Assembly: GCA_963825525.1 (NCBI GenBank)
Contig: CAWGTN010000002.1
Coordinates: 1,216,001-1,280,000 of the forward strand
Length of the DNA: 64,000 nucleotides
Direction: 5' to 3'
DNA from: an uncultured Chloroflexia bacterium
GTDB lineage: Bacteria; Chloroflexota; Limnocylindria; QHBO01
Position 1 is the stretch's first letter; each line of letters starts with the position of its first letter. The notes under the pieces were generated by a model that was not told where the DNA came from, ran no database searches, and was given only the letters and a program-made list of their open reading frames with translations. Positions 38,113-48,854 of the stretch are shown piece after piece. The position numbers and the translations under genes are program-made.

Positions 38113-39705
38113 ATGGCCACCACGCCGCGCATGAAGATCACGTACGCCACGCTCTCGGCCGACAACGAGGAGCTCCAGCAATCGTTCGACGCGGCCGTCG
38201 AGCGAGCCCGCACCGGCCTGGGACGCACCTACCCGATGCTCATCGGCGGCGAGGAGCGCATGCGGGACGAGACCTTCGAGGACCGTTCCCCGATCGACAC
38301 CGACGTCGTCATCGCGCGCTTCCCGGTCGGCACCCGCGAGGACGTTCGGGATGCCATCGCCGCGGCTCGGGCGGCGTTCCCAGCCTGGCGCAACACGCCG
38401 TGGCGCGAGCGTCTGGCCATCCTGCGCCGCGCGGCGGACCTCATCAGCGAGCGGCAGTTCGACTACGCGGCGCTCATGGCGCTCGAGGTCGGCAAGAACC
38501 GGCTCGAGGCACTCGGTGACGTCGAGGAGACGGCGGACCTGCTGCGCTACTACGGCGACGAGTTCGAGAAGGCCGATGGCTTCGTGAAGCCACTCGGATC
38601 GCTCTCGCCGATCGAGTCCACGCGTTCCGTCCTGCGCCCATACGGCGTCTTCGGCGTCATCAGCCCGTTCAACTTCCCGATGGCGCTGGCAGGCGGCCCC
38701 GCCGGCGGCGCGATGATCGCCGGCAACACCGTGGTCCTGAAGCCCAGCAGCGACGCCCCGTTGAGCGGCTGGAAGTTCGGCGAGGCCCTCCGCGACGCGG
38801 GATTGCCGGACGGGGTCTTCAACCTTGTCACCGGCCCGGGCGAGACGGTCGGGGCCGAGCTCCAGGAGAACCCGGGGATCGACGGCATGGTCTTCACCGG
38901 CTCGTACGAGGTCGGGATGAAGCTGTATCGCAGCTTCACGAAGGACTATCCGCGACCGATCATCACCGAGATGGGTGGAAAGAACCCGGCCATCGTGACC
39001 CGCCACGCCGACCTCGACGAGGCGGCGGAGGGTGTCATGCGCTCGGCATTCGGCTTTGACGGGCAGAAGTGCAGCGCGAACTCGCGCGTCTACGTCGAGA
39101 AGCCGGTGGCCGCCGAATTCGTGCAGAAGCTCGTCGAAAAGGCCCGCGACATCACGGTCGGCGACCCGACGAAGCGCGAGACCTGGATGGGTCCGGTCAT
39201 CAACCAGCGCGCGCTGGACACGTTCCAGCGCGCCGTCGACGACGCGAAGGCCGACGGCGGCTCCATCGAGCTCGGCGGCGAGGTCCTGCGCACGGCGGAC
39301 ACCGAACGCGGCTTCTTCCCCACCCCCACCGTCGTGACCGGGCTCCCGCTGGAGCATCGGCTCTACCGCGACGAGCTCTTCGTCCCGTTCCTGGTGGTGG
39401 GCGAGGTGGATTCGCTCGACCAGGCCCTCACCGAGGCGAACGCCAGCGAGTACGGGCTCACGGCCGGCATCTTCAGTCATGACGAGGCCGAGGTGACGCG
39501 CTTCCTCGACACAATCCAGGCGGGCGTCGTCTACGTGAACCGGCGCGCTGGTGCGACGACGGGCGCCTGGCCGGGGATCCAGAGCTTCGGCGGCTGGAAG
39601 GGATCCGGGTCGTCGGGAAAGAGCGGCCTCGGTCCCTACTACGTGCAGCAGTTCCTGCGTGAGCAGTCGCAGACCGTCATCGGCGACGAGCCGCCGACCC
39701 TGTGA
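38113..39705 (+). CDS. Aldehyde dehydrogenase (P5C dehydrogenase-like)
   Basis: ISPFNFP, FTGS, EMGGKN, GQKCSA, GAWPGIQSFGGWKGSG. Confidence 0.9.
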   Translation: MATTPRMKITYATLSADNEELQQSFDAAVERARTGLGRTYPMLIGGEERMRDETFEDRSPIDTDVVIARFPVGTREDVRDAIAAARAAFPAWRNTPWRERLAILRRAADLISERQFDYAALMALEVGKNRLEALGDVEETADLLRYYGDEFEKADGFVKPLGSLSPIESTRSVLRPYGVFGVISPFNFPMALAGGPAGGAMIAGNTVVLKPSSDAPLSGWKFGEALRDAGLPDGVFNLVTGPGETVGAELQENPGIDGMVFTGSYEVGMKLYRSFTKDYPRPIITEMGGKNPAIVTRHADLDEAAEGVMRSAFGFDGQKCSANSRVYVEKPVAAEFVQKLVEKARDITVGDPTKRETWMGPVINQRALDTFQRAVDDAKADGGSIELGGEVLRTADTERGFFPTPTVVTGLPLEHRLYRDELFVPFLVVGEVDSLDQALTEANASEYGLTAGIFSHDEAEVTRFLDTIQAGVVYVNRRAGATTGAWPGIQSFGGWKGSGSSGKSGLGPYYVQQFLREQSQTVIGDEPPTL

Positions 39706-40097
39706 CGAATGACGCCACGATCGTCGAGCCGTCCGGCTGGTTTTCGATCCAGCTCCGATACGCGTACCTCGCGGGTGAGCACGAGACGGTGACTCTCGTC
39801 GAGGACCGCGTGATCCTGGTGGAAGGCTCGGACGAGGAGGCCGCATTGGGCCGAGCGGTCGAGATGGCCCCCGACTACGAGGACGACTACGAGACCGAGG
39901 ACGGCGAGTCCGGGGCCATTCGCTTCGAGGGCATCGTCGCCATCAAGGAGCTAGACGATCCGCCCGGCGCCGGTGCCGAGGTCTGGCATGAGTTCATGTC
40001 GCCGGACCCATCGCGCTCGCAGATCGACGACGGAGGGGAACCCCTGCCGCCGGTCTATCCCGAGGAGATGGCCTTTCCCCGCGCTCGCGACGACTGA
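39702..40097 (+). CDS. Small acidic protein (DUF4288-like)
   Basis: WF...EDRVILVEG..EEAAL, RFEG, GAEVW; GTGA coupling. Confidence 0.6.
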   Translation: MTNDATIVEPSGWFSIQLRYAYLAGEHETVTLVEDRVILVEGSDEEAALGRAVEMAPDYEDDYETEDGESGAIRFEGIVAIKELDDPPGAGAEVWHEFMSPDPSRSQIDDGGEPLPPVYPEEMAFPRARDD

Positions 40098-40100
40098 CCG

Positions 40101-41105
40101 GTGAGCTGGCGCATGGCGGCCTACCGAGCCGTCCGCCCGCTCCTCTTCCTGGCCGACGCCGAGGGAATCCATGCTGCCACCCTGGCGGCGCTGCGCGTTG
40201 CCGGCAGCAGCGGACCGGGCCGCGCCGTGGCGAGGATGGCGTCGGGCGTTGGCGGAGCCGATGCGTCCCGCGCACCGGTCGAGCTCATGGGCTTGCGCTT
40301 CCGCAACCGAATCGGCCTGGGTGCCGGCTTCGACAAGGATGGCGTCGCCATCCGGGGATGGGCCGCCCTCGGCCTCGGGTTTGTTGAGCTGGGAACCGTC
40401 ACCCCGCGCCCACAGCCCGGCAATCCGCGTCCGCGCCTGGCTCGGCTGACCGCGGACGAGGCGCTCGTCAATCGGATGGGCTTCAACAATGACGGGGCCG
40501 ATGCGCTGGCGGTCCGGATCGAGGAAGCGCGCCCGCACCTCCCGCGCGAATTCGTCATCGGGGTGAACATCGGGCGCAACCGCGACACGCCAGATGAGCG
40601 CTCCGCCGATGACTACCGCGCCGCTGCCCGCGCCGTGGCTCCGAGCGCCGACTACCTCGTCATCAACGTCAGCAGCCCGAACACGCCCGGTCTCCGAGAC
40701 CTCCAGCGTGGCGACCGCCTCCGGGGCCTGGTGGACGAGGTCCGCCAGGTGGCGAATGACGTGCCGATCCTCGTCAAGCTCTCCCCGGACCTCGACCCGG
40801 ACGAGTGCGATCGGCTCATCTCGATGCTCGCCGAGTCCGCGGCACAGGGCGCCATCCTGTCGAACACGTCCTCAACCGCCGAGGGTGGCCTGTCCGGGCG
40901 ACCGCTGGTTGACCGAACGGCGTCCGCCGTGCGGCGAGCGCGCCAGCTGGCTGGAGATCGGCTCGTGATCGTGGCGTCGGGCGGCATCACGCACCGGCGC
41001 AACGAACTGCAGACCATCCGAGCGGCTGGCTCCGATCTCGAGCAGATCTGGACCGGGCTGGTCTATGCAGGGCCGGGGCTGATCGGCGAGACTGTGCGCG
41101 CATGA
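40101..41105 (+). CDS. pyrD: Dihydroorotate dehydrogenase (quinone)
   Basis: AGFDK, GTVTPRPQPGN, NRMGFNN, NVSSPNTPGLR, VKLSPD, GGLSG. Confidence 0.93.
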   Translation: MSWRMAAYRAVRPLLFLADAEGIHAATLAALRVAGSSGPGRAVARMASGVGGADASRAPVELMGLRFRNRIGLGAGFDKDGVAIRGWAALGLGFVELGTVTPRPQPGNPRPRLARLTADEALVNRMGFNNDGADALAVRIEEARPHLPREFVIGVNIGRNRDTPDERSADDYRAAARAVAPSADYLVINVSSPNTPGLRDLQRGDRLRGLVDEVRQVANDVPILVKLSPDLDPDECDRLISMLAESAAQGAILSNTSSTAEGGLSGRPLVDRTASAVRRARQLAGDRLVIVASGGITHRRNELQTIRAAGSDLEQIWTGLVYAGPGLIGETVRA

Positions 41106-41368
41106 TTCCGATTGAGATCCTGTTCAGCCCCCTGGCGATTGCGGGGTTCGTCACGGGCGTCGTGGTCGCCTATCTCGCCGGGAAGTCGAGGGGCGATTCG
41201 TCCCAGATCATCGGCATGTCGGCCATCGGCAGCGGCCTGGCCCTGGCGGGGCTGGTGTGGGCAAACTCATTCGGCGGCGGCCCGCTCTTCGCGGCGGCGT
41301 CGGTCGGGCTTGGGGCCAGCCTGTGGGCCATCGGGATCGAACGCTCGCGGAGACCGACCATCCGCTGA
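41102..41368 (+). CDS. Small 3-TM membrane protein
   Basis: Hydrophobic 88-aa ORF, ATGA-coupled to pyrD. Confidence 0.6.
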   Translation: MIPIEILFSPLAIAGFVTGVVVAYLAGKSRGDSSQIIGMSAIGSGLALAGLVWANSFGGGPLFAAASVGLGASLWAIGIERSRRPTIR

Positions 41369-41398
41369 CCGGGTCGGTGAGTGCGCCTGCTAGGATGG

Positions 41399-41411
41399 AC
41401 TGGTCTAGCCA
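41399..41411. promoter_or_regulatory. Possible GntR-family operator after a -10 box
   Basis: TAGGAT at 41391 followed by ACTGGTCTAGCCA. Confidence 0.3.
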
Positions 41412-41459
41412 AGGTGCGCGGGCAGGACGCGCCGCTCCGAATCCGGAGTGCACCACCTC

Positions 41460-42812
41460 ATGACGACCATGGAGGCCCCGACCTCAGACGACGCTGCCCG
41501 CAAGCAGGGCGCGCCGTACATTCACACCGAACTGCCGGGACCGAAGGGACGCGCGCTCATCGAGCGCGACGAATCGGTTGCCAGTCCCTCGCTCACCCGC
41601 GCCTACCCCCTGGTTGCCGAGACCGGCTCCGGGATGGTCATCACCGACGTCGACGGCAATCGCTTCCTCGACTTCGCCGCCGGCATCGCGGTCTGCTCGA
41701 CAGGGCACAGCCACCCGAAGGTCGTCCAGGCCATCAAGGACCAGGCCGATCGGCTGATCCACATTGCCGCGACCGACTTCTATGAGCCCCGGTACACGGA
41801 GTTCATGGAACGCCTGGCCGCCATCGCCCCGTTCCAGGAGAAGGCACGCGTCTTCCTCACCAACTCGGGGACCGAGGCGGTCGAGGGCGCCATGAAGCTG
41901 GCGCGCTACCACACCCATCGGCCCGGAATCATCGCGTTCGAGGGCGGCTTCCACGGCCGGACGATGGGCGCGCTGTCGCTGACGAACTCCAAGGTGAAGC
42001 AGCGTGCCGGCTTCGGGCCGTTGATTCCCATGGTCCACCACGCACCGTTCCCGCGCGTCCGCGCCTGGCGCGAGGGGTCCGGTGGGGACGGGACGGCCGA
42101 GCTGGCCCACCTGAAGAACACGATCTTCGGGCGCCAGATCGCCCCATCCGACGTCGCCGCCATCGTGGTCGAGCCGATCCAGGGCGAGGGTGGCTACTTC
42201 CCGGCTCCGAAGGCCTTCATGCAGGGCCTGCGCGAGCTGTGCGACGAGCACGGCATCCTGCTCGTTGCCGACGAGATCCAGTCGGGCATGGGCCGCACCG
42301 GCAGCTGGTGGGCGATCGAGCACACCGGCGTCGAGCCGGACATCATCATGACCGCCAAGGGCATCGCCTCGGGCATGCCCATCGGGGCGTTCATCGCCCG
42401 TGACTCGGTCTGGACCTGGCCGCCCGGCGCGCACGGCTCAACCTTCGCCGGCAACCCGGTCTGCGCGGCTGCCGGCCTCGCCACCCTCGAGATCATCGAG
42501 TCCGAGGGACTGGCGAACGCGGCATCGATGGGTGCCCGCCTTCGAACGGGGCTCGAGCGCGTCGCCGAGGGTTCAGGAGAGATTCGCGACATCCGCGGCG
42601 CCGGCCTCATGCTCGGCGTCGAGTTCACCTCGGCCCAGGCCGCCGGAGCCGTGCAGGACGCGGCATTCCGTCGTGGCCTGCTGACGCTGGAGTGCGGCGA
42701 GTCATCGCTGCGCTTCAGCCCGCCGCTGATCGTGGACGCGGACTCGGTCGACGTGGCGATCCGCATCTTCGGCGAGGCGGTCGATGCGCTCGGGTCGTCG
42801 CCCGGTATCTGA
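41460..42812 (+). CDS. Class III PLP aminotransferase (4-aminobutyrate/acetylornithine type)
   Basis: NSGTEAVE, FHGRT, EPIQGEGG, DEIQSG, AKG. Confidence 0.92.
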   Translation: MTTMEAPTSDDAARKQGAPYIHTELPGPKGRALIERDESVASPSLTRAYPLVAETGSGMVITDVDGNRFLDFAAGIAVCSTGHSHPKVVQAIKDQADRLIHIAATDFYEPRYTEFMERLAAIAPFQEKARVFLTNSGTEAVEGAMKLARYHTHRPGIIAFEGGFHGRTMGALSLTNSKVKQRAGFGPLIPMVHHAPFPRVRAWREGSGGDGTAELAHLKNTIFGRQIAPSDVAAIVVEPIQGEGGYFPAPKAFMQGLRELCDEHGILLVADEIQSGMGRTGSWWAIEHTGVEPDIIMTAKGIASGMPIGAFIARDSVWTWPPGAHGSTFAGNPVCAAAGLATLEIIESEGLANAASMGARLRTGLERVAEGSGEIRDIRGAGLMLGVEFTSAQAAGAVQDAAFRRGLLTLECGESSLRFSPPLIVDADSVDVAIRIFGEAVDALGSSPGI

Positions 42813-42831
42813 ACCCGACAACTGGATCCAC

Positions 42832-42863
42832 GAGGAGGGCGTGGCGAGAGCCGCGTCCTCCTC
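42832..42863. terminator. Hairpin with GAGA tetraloop between convergent genes
   Basis: gaggagggcgtggc-gaga-gccgcgtcctcctc. Confidence 0.7.
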
Positions 42864-42871
42864 CGTCTCCG

Positions 42872-44032
42872 TCAGTTCAGCAGGTCAGAGAGGCTCGTCA
42901 GGCTGAAGCCGCGATCGCGGAGGCCGGGAACGATCAGCCGCAGCGCGCCCAGTGTCTCGTAGCCACCCAGGTGGAACAGGACGTTCGATCCGTTCACGCT
43001 GTTGTTGATGACCTTGCCGGCGATCTGCTGTGCCGACGGGCCGCCATCGGCCATCGGCTTCCAGTCGATGGTGTCGATGTCCCACATGAATGTCTTGGTG
43101 TAGCCCACTGACGCGGCCGCGGCGATCACTCCGTCGCTGATCGAGCCGTACGGCGGTCGCCAGTACGGCTGCGGGTTCTGGCCAGTGCCGGCCCGCAGAA
43201 TCGCCTCGGCATCGGTCAGCTCCCTGCGAATGCGATCGGCCGTGAAAGCGCCACCGGTGCAGGGTTGTGTCGACGGTGACCCGCCGCCACCGCGCACCAG
43301 GTCGCAGTGGTACATCGTGTGATTCGCAATCTCGAACAGCTCCGGATGCGCCGCGATGATGCTCATCACCTGCTGCCCCTGGGGCGTCTGGCTCATGATC
43401 CCGGTCGCAAAGATCGTCGCGCACACGCGATTCGCGACCAGGAAGTTCATGATGTCGATGGCGGGATCCATCCGCCCACCCATGTCGAAGGTCAGGGCGA
43501 CACCGGGCCCCGCGCCGGGGATTGTGCGGAACGTCTGAGCGGAGCCCGCCGCCACGCGGTTGCCGGCCGTGCAGCCCGCGGACGACGGCGGTGGTGTGGG
43601 CCCAGGCGTGCGGGGCGGTGCCGTGGGGTTCGGTCGCGGCGTGACTCCCGGCGCGACGCTCACGAAGAGCACCCAGCCCGGCTCGATCACGTTCGGATTG
43701 GCGGCCATCGAGGGGTAGCGATCGCGATTCCAGTCCTGGAGCTGCCCCGCGCTCGTACCGAAGGCACGGGCAATGGCGGAGAGCGAGTCGCCGCGCTGCA
43801 CCGTGTACTCGGTGCCTGCCACCGCAGTCGCGGTCGGCTCGGGCGAACTCGACGGTGACCCGGTCGGCTGGGAGGTCGGCGAAGCGCTGGGACTGTCGGT
43901 CGGCGACGGCTCCGGGGTCGGGGTGAACGTCCCGCCGGGGATCGACGGAGTCTCGGTCGGTGGAGTCGCGACCGCCGACGAGCATGCGGCCATCACCACG
44001 AGCAACGCGAGGAAGATGGCCGACGGACGCAT
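42872..44032 (-). CDS. LysM + polysaccharide deacetylase (CE4) lipoprotein
   Basis: Lipobox MAAC; YTVQRGDSLSAIA; LTFD, NHTMYH, WRPPYG, DTIDW, LFH. Confidence 0.9.
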   Translation of the reverse strand: MRPSAIFLALLVVMAACSSAVATPPTETPSIPGGTFTPTPEPSPTDSPSASPTSQPTGSPSSSPEPTATAVAGTEYTVQRGDSLSAIARAFGTSAGQLQDWNRDRYPSMAANPNVIEPGWVLFVSVAPGVTPRPNPTAPPRTPGPTPPPSSAGCTAGNRVAAGSAQTFRTIPGAGPGVALTFDMGGRMDPAIDIMNFLVANRVCATIFATGIMSQTPQGQQVMSIIAAHPELFEIANHTMYHCDLVRGGGGSPSTQPCTGGAFTADRIRRELTDAEAILRAGTGQNPQPYWRPPYGSISDGVIAAAASVGYTKTFMWDIDTIDWKPMADGGPSAQQIAGKVINNSVNGSNVLFHLGGYETLGALRLIVPGLRDRGFSLTSLSDLLN

Positions 44033-44035
44033 CGT

Positions 44036-44750
44036 CTAGTTCGGGTTGTAGCCGAGGTCGCCGGTCGGAATCGGCGGCATGGCACCGTCGTCCAGCAGGC
44101 TCGCCTCGCGACGCAGCAGGTCGAGCTCGGCCCCGAGCCGGGTGGCCGCATCAGGCAGCTCGAGCAGCCGTTGCTTTCGAGTGGAGCTCGACCTGGAGCA
44201 TGCCGCCCACCGCGTAGCTTGCGGCGACCGGGTCGTCGGGCAGTCGAATGGGCTTGAGAACTTCGTCCAGGGATGCGGTCACGTTGTTGGCCTCGGCGGA
44301 TGCGTCTCCCACTGACGCTGTGCGGGCCACGAAACGTTTCACGGTCGCGAGATACGCATCAAGCGCCGCCTGGACTCGCGGCAGCAGGGAGCTTGCATCG
44401 GCCCCCGCCGGTTCGTCCAACACGACGACGTCGGCCACCGCATATGGTCCCGACCGGTCCATGGCCGTGACGCGGGCACGTGCCGCCCCGACCACCAGGA
44501 GGAGCCATCGACCGTCAGGGAACTGCTCGGCGGTGTGGACCTCGCACACCGTCCCGATACCCTGGCTCTCGGCGTCGCCGCCGACCTCGGGACCGTCGGT
44601 GATCATGCTCACCACGAACCGACCGCCGTACGGCGAGTCGTCGGCCATGACGTCAGCGGCCATGGCGCGGTAGCGCTCCTCGAAGACATGCACGGGAAGC
44701 GGCATGTGCGGGAACAGGACCACGTGGAGCGGGAAATGGGGAAGGCGCAT
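44036..44750 (-). CDS. Lon protease N-terminal substrate-binding domain protein (+1 frameshift near 44182)
   Basis: [19 protein letters not shown]; shifted frame continues [15 protein letters not shown]...YNPN*. Confidence 0.85.
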
Positions 44751-44822
44751 CGCTCGGCATGCTCGCACGCCCCGAGCCCGGCGGCAAACTCAGGCCGGGC
44801 GCCTCGCCCGGCCCGCGCCGGG

Positions 44823-46322
44823 CTACTGCTCGTCGACGAACGTCGTGTCGATCTGCGCCCGCTGCAGCTTGCCGGAGTAGTCGATGTAGACGCTCTTCCA
44901 TTCGCTGAAGAAGTCGAGCGCCGCCTGACCGACCTCGCGATGGCCGTTGCCGGTCGCCTTCGTGCCGCCGAAGGGCAGGTGCGCCTCGGCGCCGATGGTG
45001 CCGTGGTTCACGTACCCCAGCCCTGACTCGAAGTCCCGGATGCTTCGGAATGCGAGGTTGACGTCCTGCGTGAAGAGCGAGGTCGAGAGGCCGTACTTCA
45101 CGCCGTTCACGATGCGCACCATCTCATCCCAGTCGGTGACGGGGATGACCGAGGCGACCGGCCCGAAGATCTCCTCCTGGGCAATGCGGGCGTCGGGCTT
45201 CACCTCGGTGAAGATGGTGGGTTCGAAGAACGAGCCCTTTGCCAGCTTCCCGTCGCGTGCCGCATGACCGCCGATCACGAGGTCAGCCTCATCGCGTCCG
45301 ATGGCGGCGTACGAGGCGATGCGCTCGACCGCCGCCTCGTTGATGACCGGACCGACATCGGTTGTCTCGTCGAGCCCGTCTCCCAGGACGAGCTTTGCGA
45401 CACGCTGCTGCAGTCGGTGCACGAAGTCGTCGTGAATGTTCCGGTGCACGATCAGGCGCGATGCTGCCGTGCAGCGCTGGCCCGACGTGCCGAATGAGGA
45501 CCAGATGACGCTGTCGAGCGCGAGGTCGAGGTCGGCGTCCTCCCAGATCACGATCGGGTTCTTGCCGCCGAGCTCGAGGCTGACACGCTTCAGCGTCTTC
45601 GCGGCACGGGTGCTGATCTCGACGCCGGTATCGGTGTGGCCGGTGAAGCTGATGACCCGGACGTCCGCATGGTCGACGATCGCGTTGCCGACTTCTCCCC
45701 CGGACCCTGTGACCACGTTCACGACTCCGTCGGGCAGACCGCCCTCGATGAGCAGCTCGACGAAGCGAACGAGGCAGGCCGGAGTGTCCGATGCGGGCTT
45801 GATGACCGCGGTATTGCCGCAGATGAGCGCCGGGAACAGCTTCCAGGCCGGGATCGCGACCGGGAAGTTCCAGGGCGTGATGATGCCGACCACGCCGATG
45901 GGACGGCGAATCGCCATCGCGAACTTGTCGGGCATCTCCGATGGGACCGTCTGGCCGAAGAGCCGGCGGCCCTCGCCGGCCATGTAGTACGCGACGTCGA
46001 TCGCTTCCTGGACGTCGCCACGGGCCTCCGGCAGAACCTTGCCCATCTCCCGCGTCATGAGCTTGCTCAGCTCTTCCTTATGCTCCGCCAGCACGCGCGC
46101 AATGCGGAACATGATCTCGCCACGCTTCGGGGCGGGCATCGAGCTCCAGCTCGGGTACGCCCGGCTGGCGGCCCGGACGGCCGCCTCGACATCGGCCGGG
46201 CCAGACGCCGGAAACTCTCCGATGACGTCGTCGTGATCGGCCGGGCTCACGCTGGTGAAGGTGGCCCCGGCTTCGGCGGGCTGCCACTCGCCGCCGATCA
46301 GGTTCTGGTAGGACTTCGTCAC
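44823..46322 (-). CDS. Aldehyde dehydrogenase
   Basis: ITPWNFP, FTG, ELGGKN, GQRCTA, EEIFGPV, LPFGG. Confidence 0.93.
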   Translation of the reverse strand: MTKSYQNLIGGEWQPAEAGATFTSVSPADHDDVIGEFPASGPADVEAAVRAASRAYPSWSSMPAPKRGEIMFRIARVLAEHKEELSKLMTREMGKVLPEARGDVQEAIDVAYYMAGEGRRLFGQTVPSEMPDKFAMAIRRPIGVVGIITPWNFPVAIPAWKLFPALICGNTAVIKPASDTPACLVRFVELLIEGGLPDGVVNVVTGSGGEVGNAIVDHADVRVISFTGHTDTGVEISTRAAKTLKRVSLELGGKNPIVIWEDADLDLALDSVIWSSFGTSGQRCTAASRLIVHRNIHDDFVHRLQQRVAKLVLGDGLDETTDVGPVINEAAVERIASYAAIGRDEADLVIGGHAARDGKLAKGSFFEPTIFTEVKPDARIAQEEIFGPVASVIPVTDWDEMVRIVNGVKYGLSTSLFTQDVNLAFRSIRDFESGLGYVNHGTIGAEAHLPFGGTKATGNGHREVGQAALDFFSEWKSVYIDYSGKLQRAQIDTTFVDEQ

Positions 46323-46701
46323 GAGGAAGGGTCTCCTGGAGAGGCAGGGCGCGCGGAATGGCGCTGCTCGGCTGCCGGTCAATTCTAGTCGGGTGAGCCG
46401 AATCCCGGCCCACCCGGGACATTCGCCACTGGAGCGCCGCCGCGTGGGTCACGATGATGGATCCACAAGTGAACATCCGTCGCGCCGGGATCCTGTGATC
46501 CAACGATAACGGGGCTGAAGTAGTGGCACCCCGGAGCGAACGGTCGACAACGCCGGTCCCCAACGGGCCGGCGTTGTCACGTCCGGCAGTCCGCCCCGCG
46601 CCGATAAGGGACCAGTAAGCGTCGGATACCAGACTGCCGGCCAAGATGCTGAGGACGCCGCCCGAACCCCAACTCGCCTCCGATAGACAGGAGGCTGCTT
46701 C

Positions 46702-47577
46702 ATGTTCTCGAGAAGAACCGCGATGGCGGTCATCGGCGCCGTGATGATCACGACGACGGTGGCGGTGCCCGTATCGGCCGCGAAACCCACGAAGCCACCG
46801 GCGCCCGCAGCGACCGAGCGTCCGCTGACGCCGAAGGAACGGGCCGCGGCGGATCGCAAAGTCGCCGCATCCGATGCGTACCTGGCGTCAATCGAGGGGT
46901 CGGGCTCGGACCTTCCGTCTCTCTCGTGCCCCACGCCGACGATCGTCGGCCCACAGGCGGTGACGCCGGACGCCTGTACGGTGCCGCAGGCCTACCTCGC
47001 GGTCGAGGCACGCAATCAGATCGCCGACCACTACTGCGGACCGGCAACCGGGCAGGTCATCGCAAACTATGCGTGGGCGGTGCCGACCGGTGTGAACAAG
47101 TACACCCAGCAGGTCCTCGCGGGCTGGATGCTGACCGACCAGAACGGGCTGACGAACGCGCCTGAGCTCGAAGTCGGGCTCGAGCGCGGCACCCAGGGGG
47201 CACCTCGTCGGCCGGCCGGGTGGGACTGGGTTGTGATGGATGTGCGCGACCGCAACGGCAACGGGATGACGGGTGACGAGGTCCATGGCTACGTGCGGAG
47301 CAACGTCAGCAGCTCGAGGATGCCGCTCGCGATTCCGGTGAAGCCGCACGACCCCGCGTCGAACTTCTACCTCGTCAGCTGGCCGAAAGCTGTGAAGTCC
47401 CCCGGTCACTGGATCGCGGCCTATGGCTGGTACGGAACGTATACCGGCACCACGTTCGCGCGGGTCTACTACGCGGACTCGTCGAAGGACCAGGGCGGTA
47501 GTACCGGCAAGTTCTGGGACCCAACGCGCGACATCGCAGCGCTGATTGCCGAGCACACGCGGCGGATCGTGTGGTGA
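46702..47577 (+). CDS. Secreted C39-like (papain-fold) cysteine peptidase
   Basis: AGGAGG RBS, signal peptide, Q..YCGPA, GHWIAAYGW, YADS. Confidence 0.7.
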   Translation: MFSRRTAMAVIGAVMITTTVAVPVSAAKPTKPPAPAATERPLTPKERAAADRKVAASDAYLASIEGSGSDLPSLSCPTPTIVGPQAVTPDACTVPQAYLAVEARNQIADHYCGPATGQVIANYAWAVPTGVNKYTQQVLAGWMLTDQNGLTNAPELEVGLERGTQGAPRRPAGWDWVVMDVRDRNGNGMTGDEVHGYVRSNVSSSRMPLAIPVKPHDPASNFYLVSWPKAVKSPGHWIAAYGWYGTYTGTTFARVYYADSSKDQGGSTGKFWDPTRDIAALIAEHTRRIVW

Positions 47578-48827
47578 ATCTGATGCTGGGCACCATCGCG
47601 ATCCTGGTCGCGGTGACGGTCATGGGGTCGGCGTGCAGCGCTGCCGGCCCCACCCGGCCGCTCGCCGCGACGCTGTCGCCCTCCTCGCCTTCGATCGGCC
47701 CGTCCTCCACGCCGACGGCGACGCCGCCACCGACCAGCGCACGATCGCCGCGTCCGAGCGCGAACCGGCTCGATCTCGAGGTGGGCACCATCGATCCTGA
47801 CTGGCTCTGGCCGATGCTCGACTTCGCGAGCGACAGTTACGCCATCATCTGGTCGTCCGGCGTCGCCGATGGGCCCGGGGGCAGCAACGCCCCGGATCTG
47901 TGGCGCTGGGTCCCGGGATGGGGCAAGCCCGAGCTCCTGTGGCGCAATCCGGCCCGTGACCGGCAGCTGGCGAAGGTCGCGGGCGACACGGATGTCTGGG
48001 CATTCGCCGAGATCAGCTCGAACGGAGAGGAATGGTGGAAGCTGTGGCTTCTCGAGGAAGGCTCGAGTGAGCCGATCCTCCTCGACTCCCAGGCGGGCGA
48101 CCCAGGCGTTCCGAGCCTCGTTCCGTCGTTCGACGTGGACAGTGGACGAATCGCATGGGCCTCGTTCGATCGCGGCCACGAGGCAGGCTCCAGCGTCAGC
48201 GAACTATGGATGGCCGAGGCCCCCGGATGGGAGCCCCGCCTGCTGGTTCGACATGACGACGCCACGAAGCATGCGCTCTGGCTGCCGTCCCTCTACGGCC
48301 AGCAACTGGCCTACGTCGACGTGACGCTCGCCGAGGACACGTCCGACGATGTCCGGCACGTGATGCTCCTCGACCTCGTCGAGCCGGCAGCGCCCGCCCG
48401 CCAGCTCGACACGTCCGGAAACGCGACGATGCCGGTGCTCACCTCGAATGAAGTCGTCTGGAAGGAGCCGGACGCCGGCTTCGCGATGTTCAACTGGGGG
48501 CGCCTGTACCGGTACTCGTTCGAGACCGGGACAGTCAGCGCTTTGTCGACGGGAGCCCAGGAGTACGTGAACTACCCGTCGGGTGGAGGTCGATTCGTCG
48601 CGACATGGGGCGCCGATTCATCGGTCTTCACCGTTCATGACCTGGATCGGCGTGCCAGCCGCCTCGTGGTCCAGTACGAGGACCAGACCGAGGGTGTCGC
48701 GCGGCCGCATCTCGCGGGCGACCTGCTGGTGTGGATGCACCGCCAGGAGGCCGACACGGGTGACACCCCTCCGGCACCGCTCGAGTGGGCCTGGCTGCCC
48801 GAGCCCGGGTCCGACCGAGGCAATTGA
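47571..48827 (+). CDS. Putative lipoprotein with Trp-rich beta-propeller-like domain
   Basis: GSAC lipobox-like motif, P/S/T linker, repeated xxW strands; overlaps the peptidase stop. Confidence 0.6.
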   Translation: MVNLMLGTIAILVAVTVMGSACSAAGPTRPLAATLSPSSPSIGPSSTPTATPPPTSARSPRPSANRLDLEVGTIDPDWLWPMLDFASDSYAIIWSSGVADGPGGSNAPDLWRWVPGWGKPELLWRNPARDRQLAKVAGDTDVWAFAEISSNGEEWWKLWLLEEGSSEPILLDSQAGDPGVPSLVPSFDVDSGRIAWASFDRGHEAGSSVSELWMAEAPGWEPRLLVRHDDATKHALWLPSLYGQQLAYVDVTLAEDTSDDVRHVMLLDLVEPAAPARQLDTSGNATMPVLTSNEVVWKEPDAGFAMFNWGRLYRYSFETGTVSALSTGAQEYVNYPSGGGRFVATWGADSSVFTVHDLDRRASRLVVQYEDQTEGVARPHLAGDLLVWMHRQEADTGDTPPAPLEWAWLPEPGSDRGN

Positions 48828-48854
48828 GCGGCGGGGCGAGGCGCGGGCAGGAGC

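Noticed and set aside
36793-39846. 1017-aa minus-strand ORF and similar long antisense ORFs (e.g. 17838-19358, 26038-27534, 31092-32519, 48861-50297)
   Set aside because: Shadow frames of high-GC genes on the opposite strand, with no recognisable motifs
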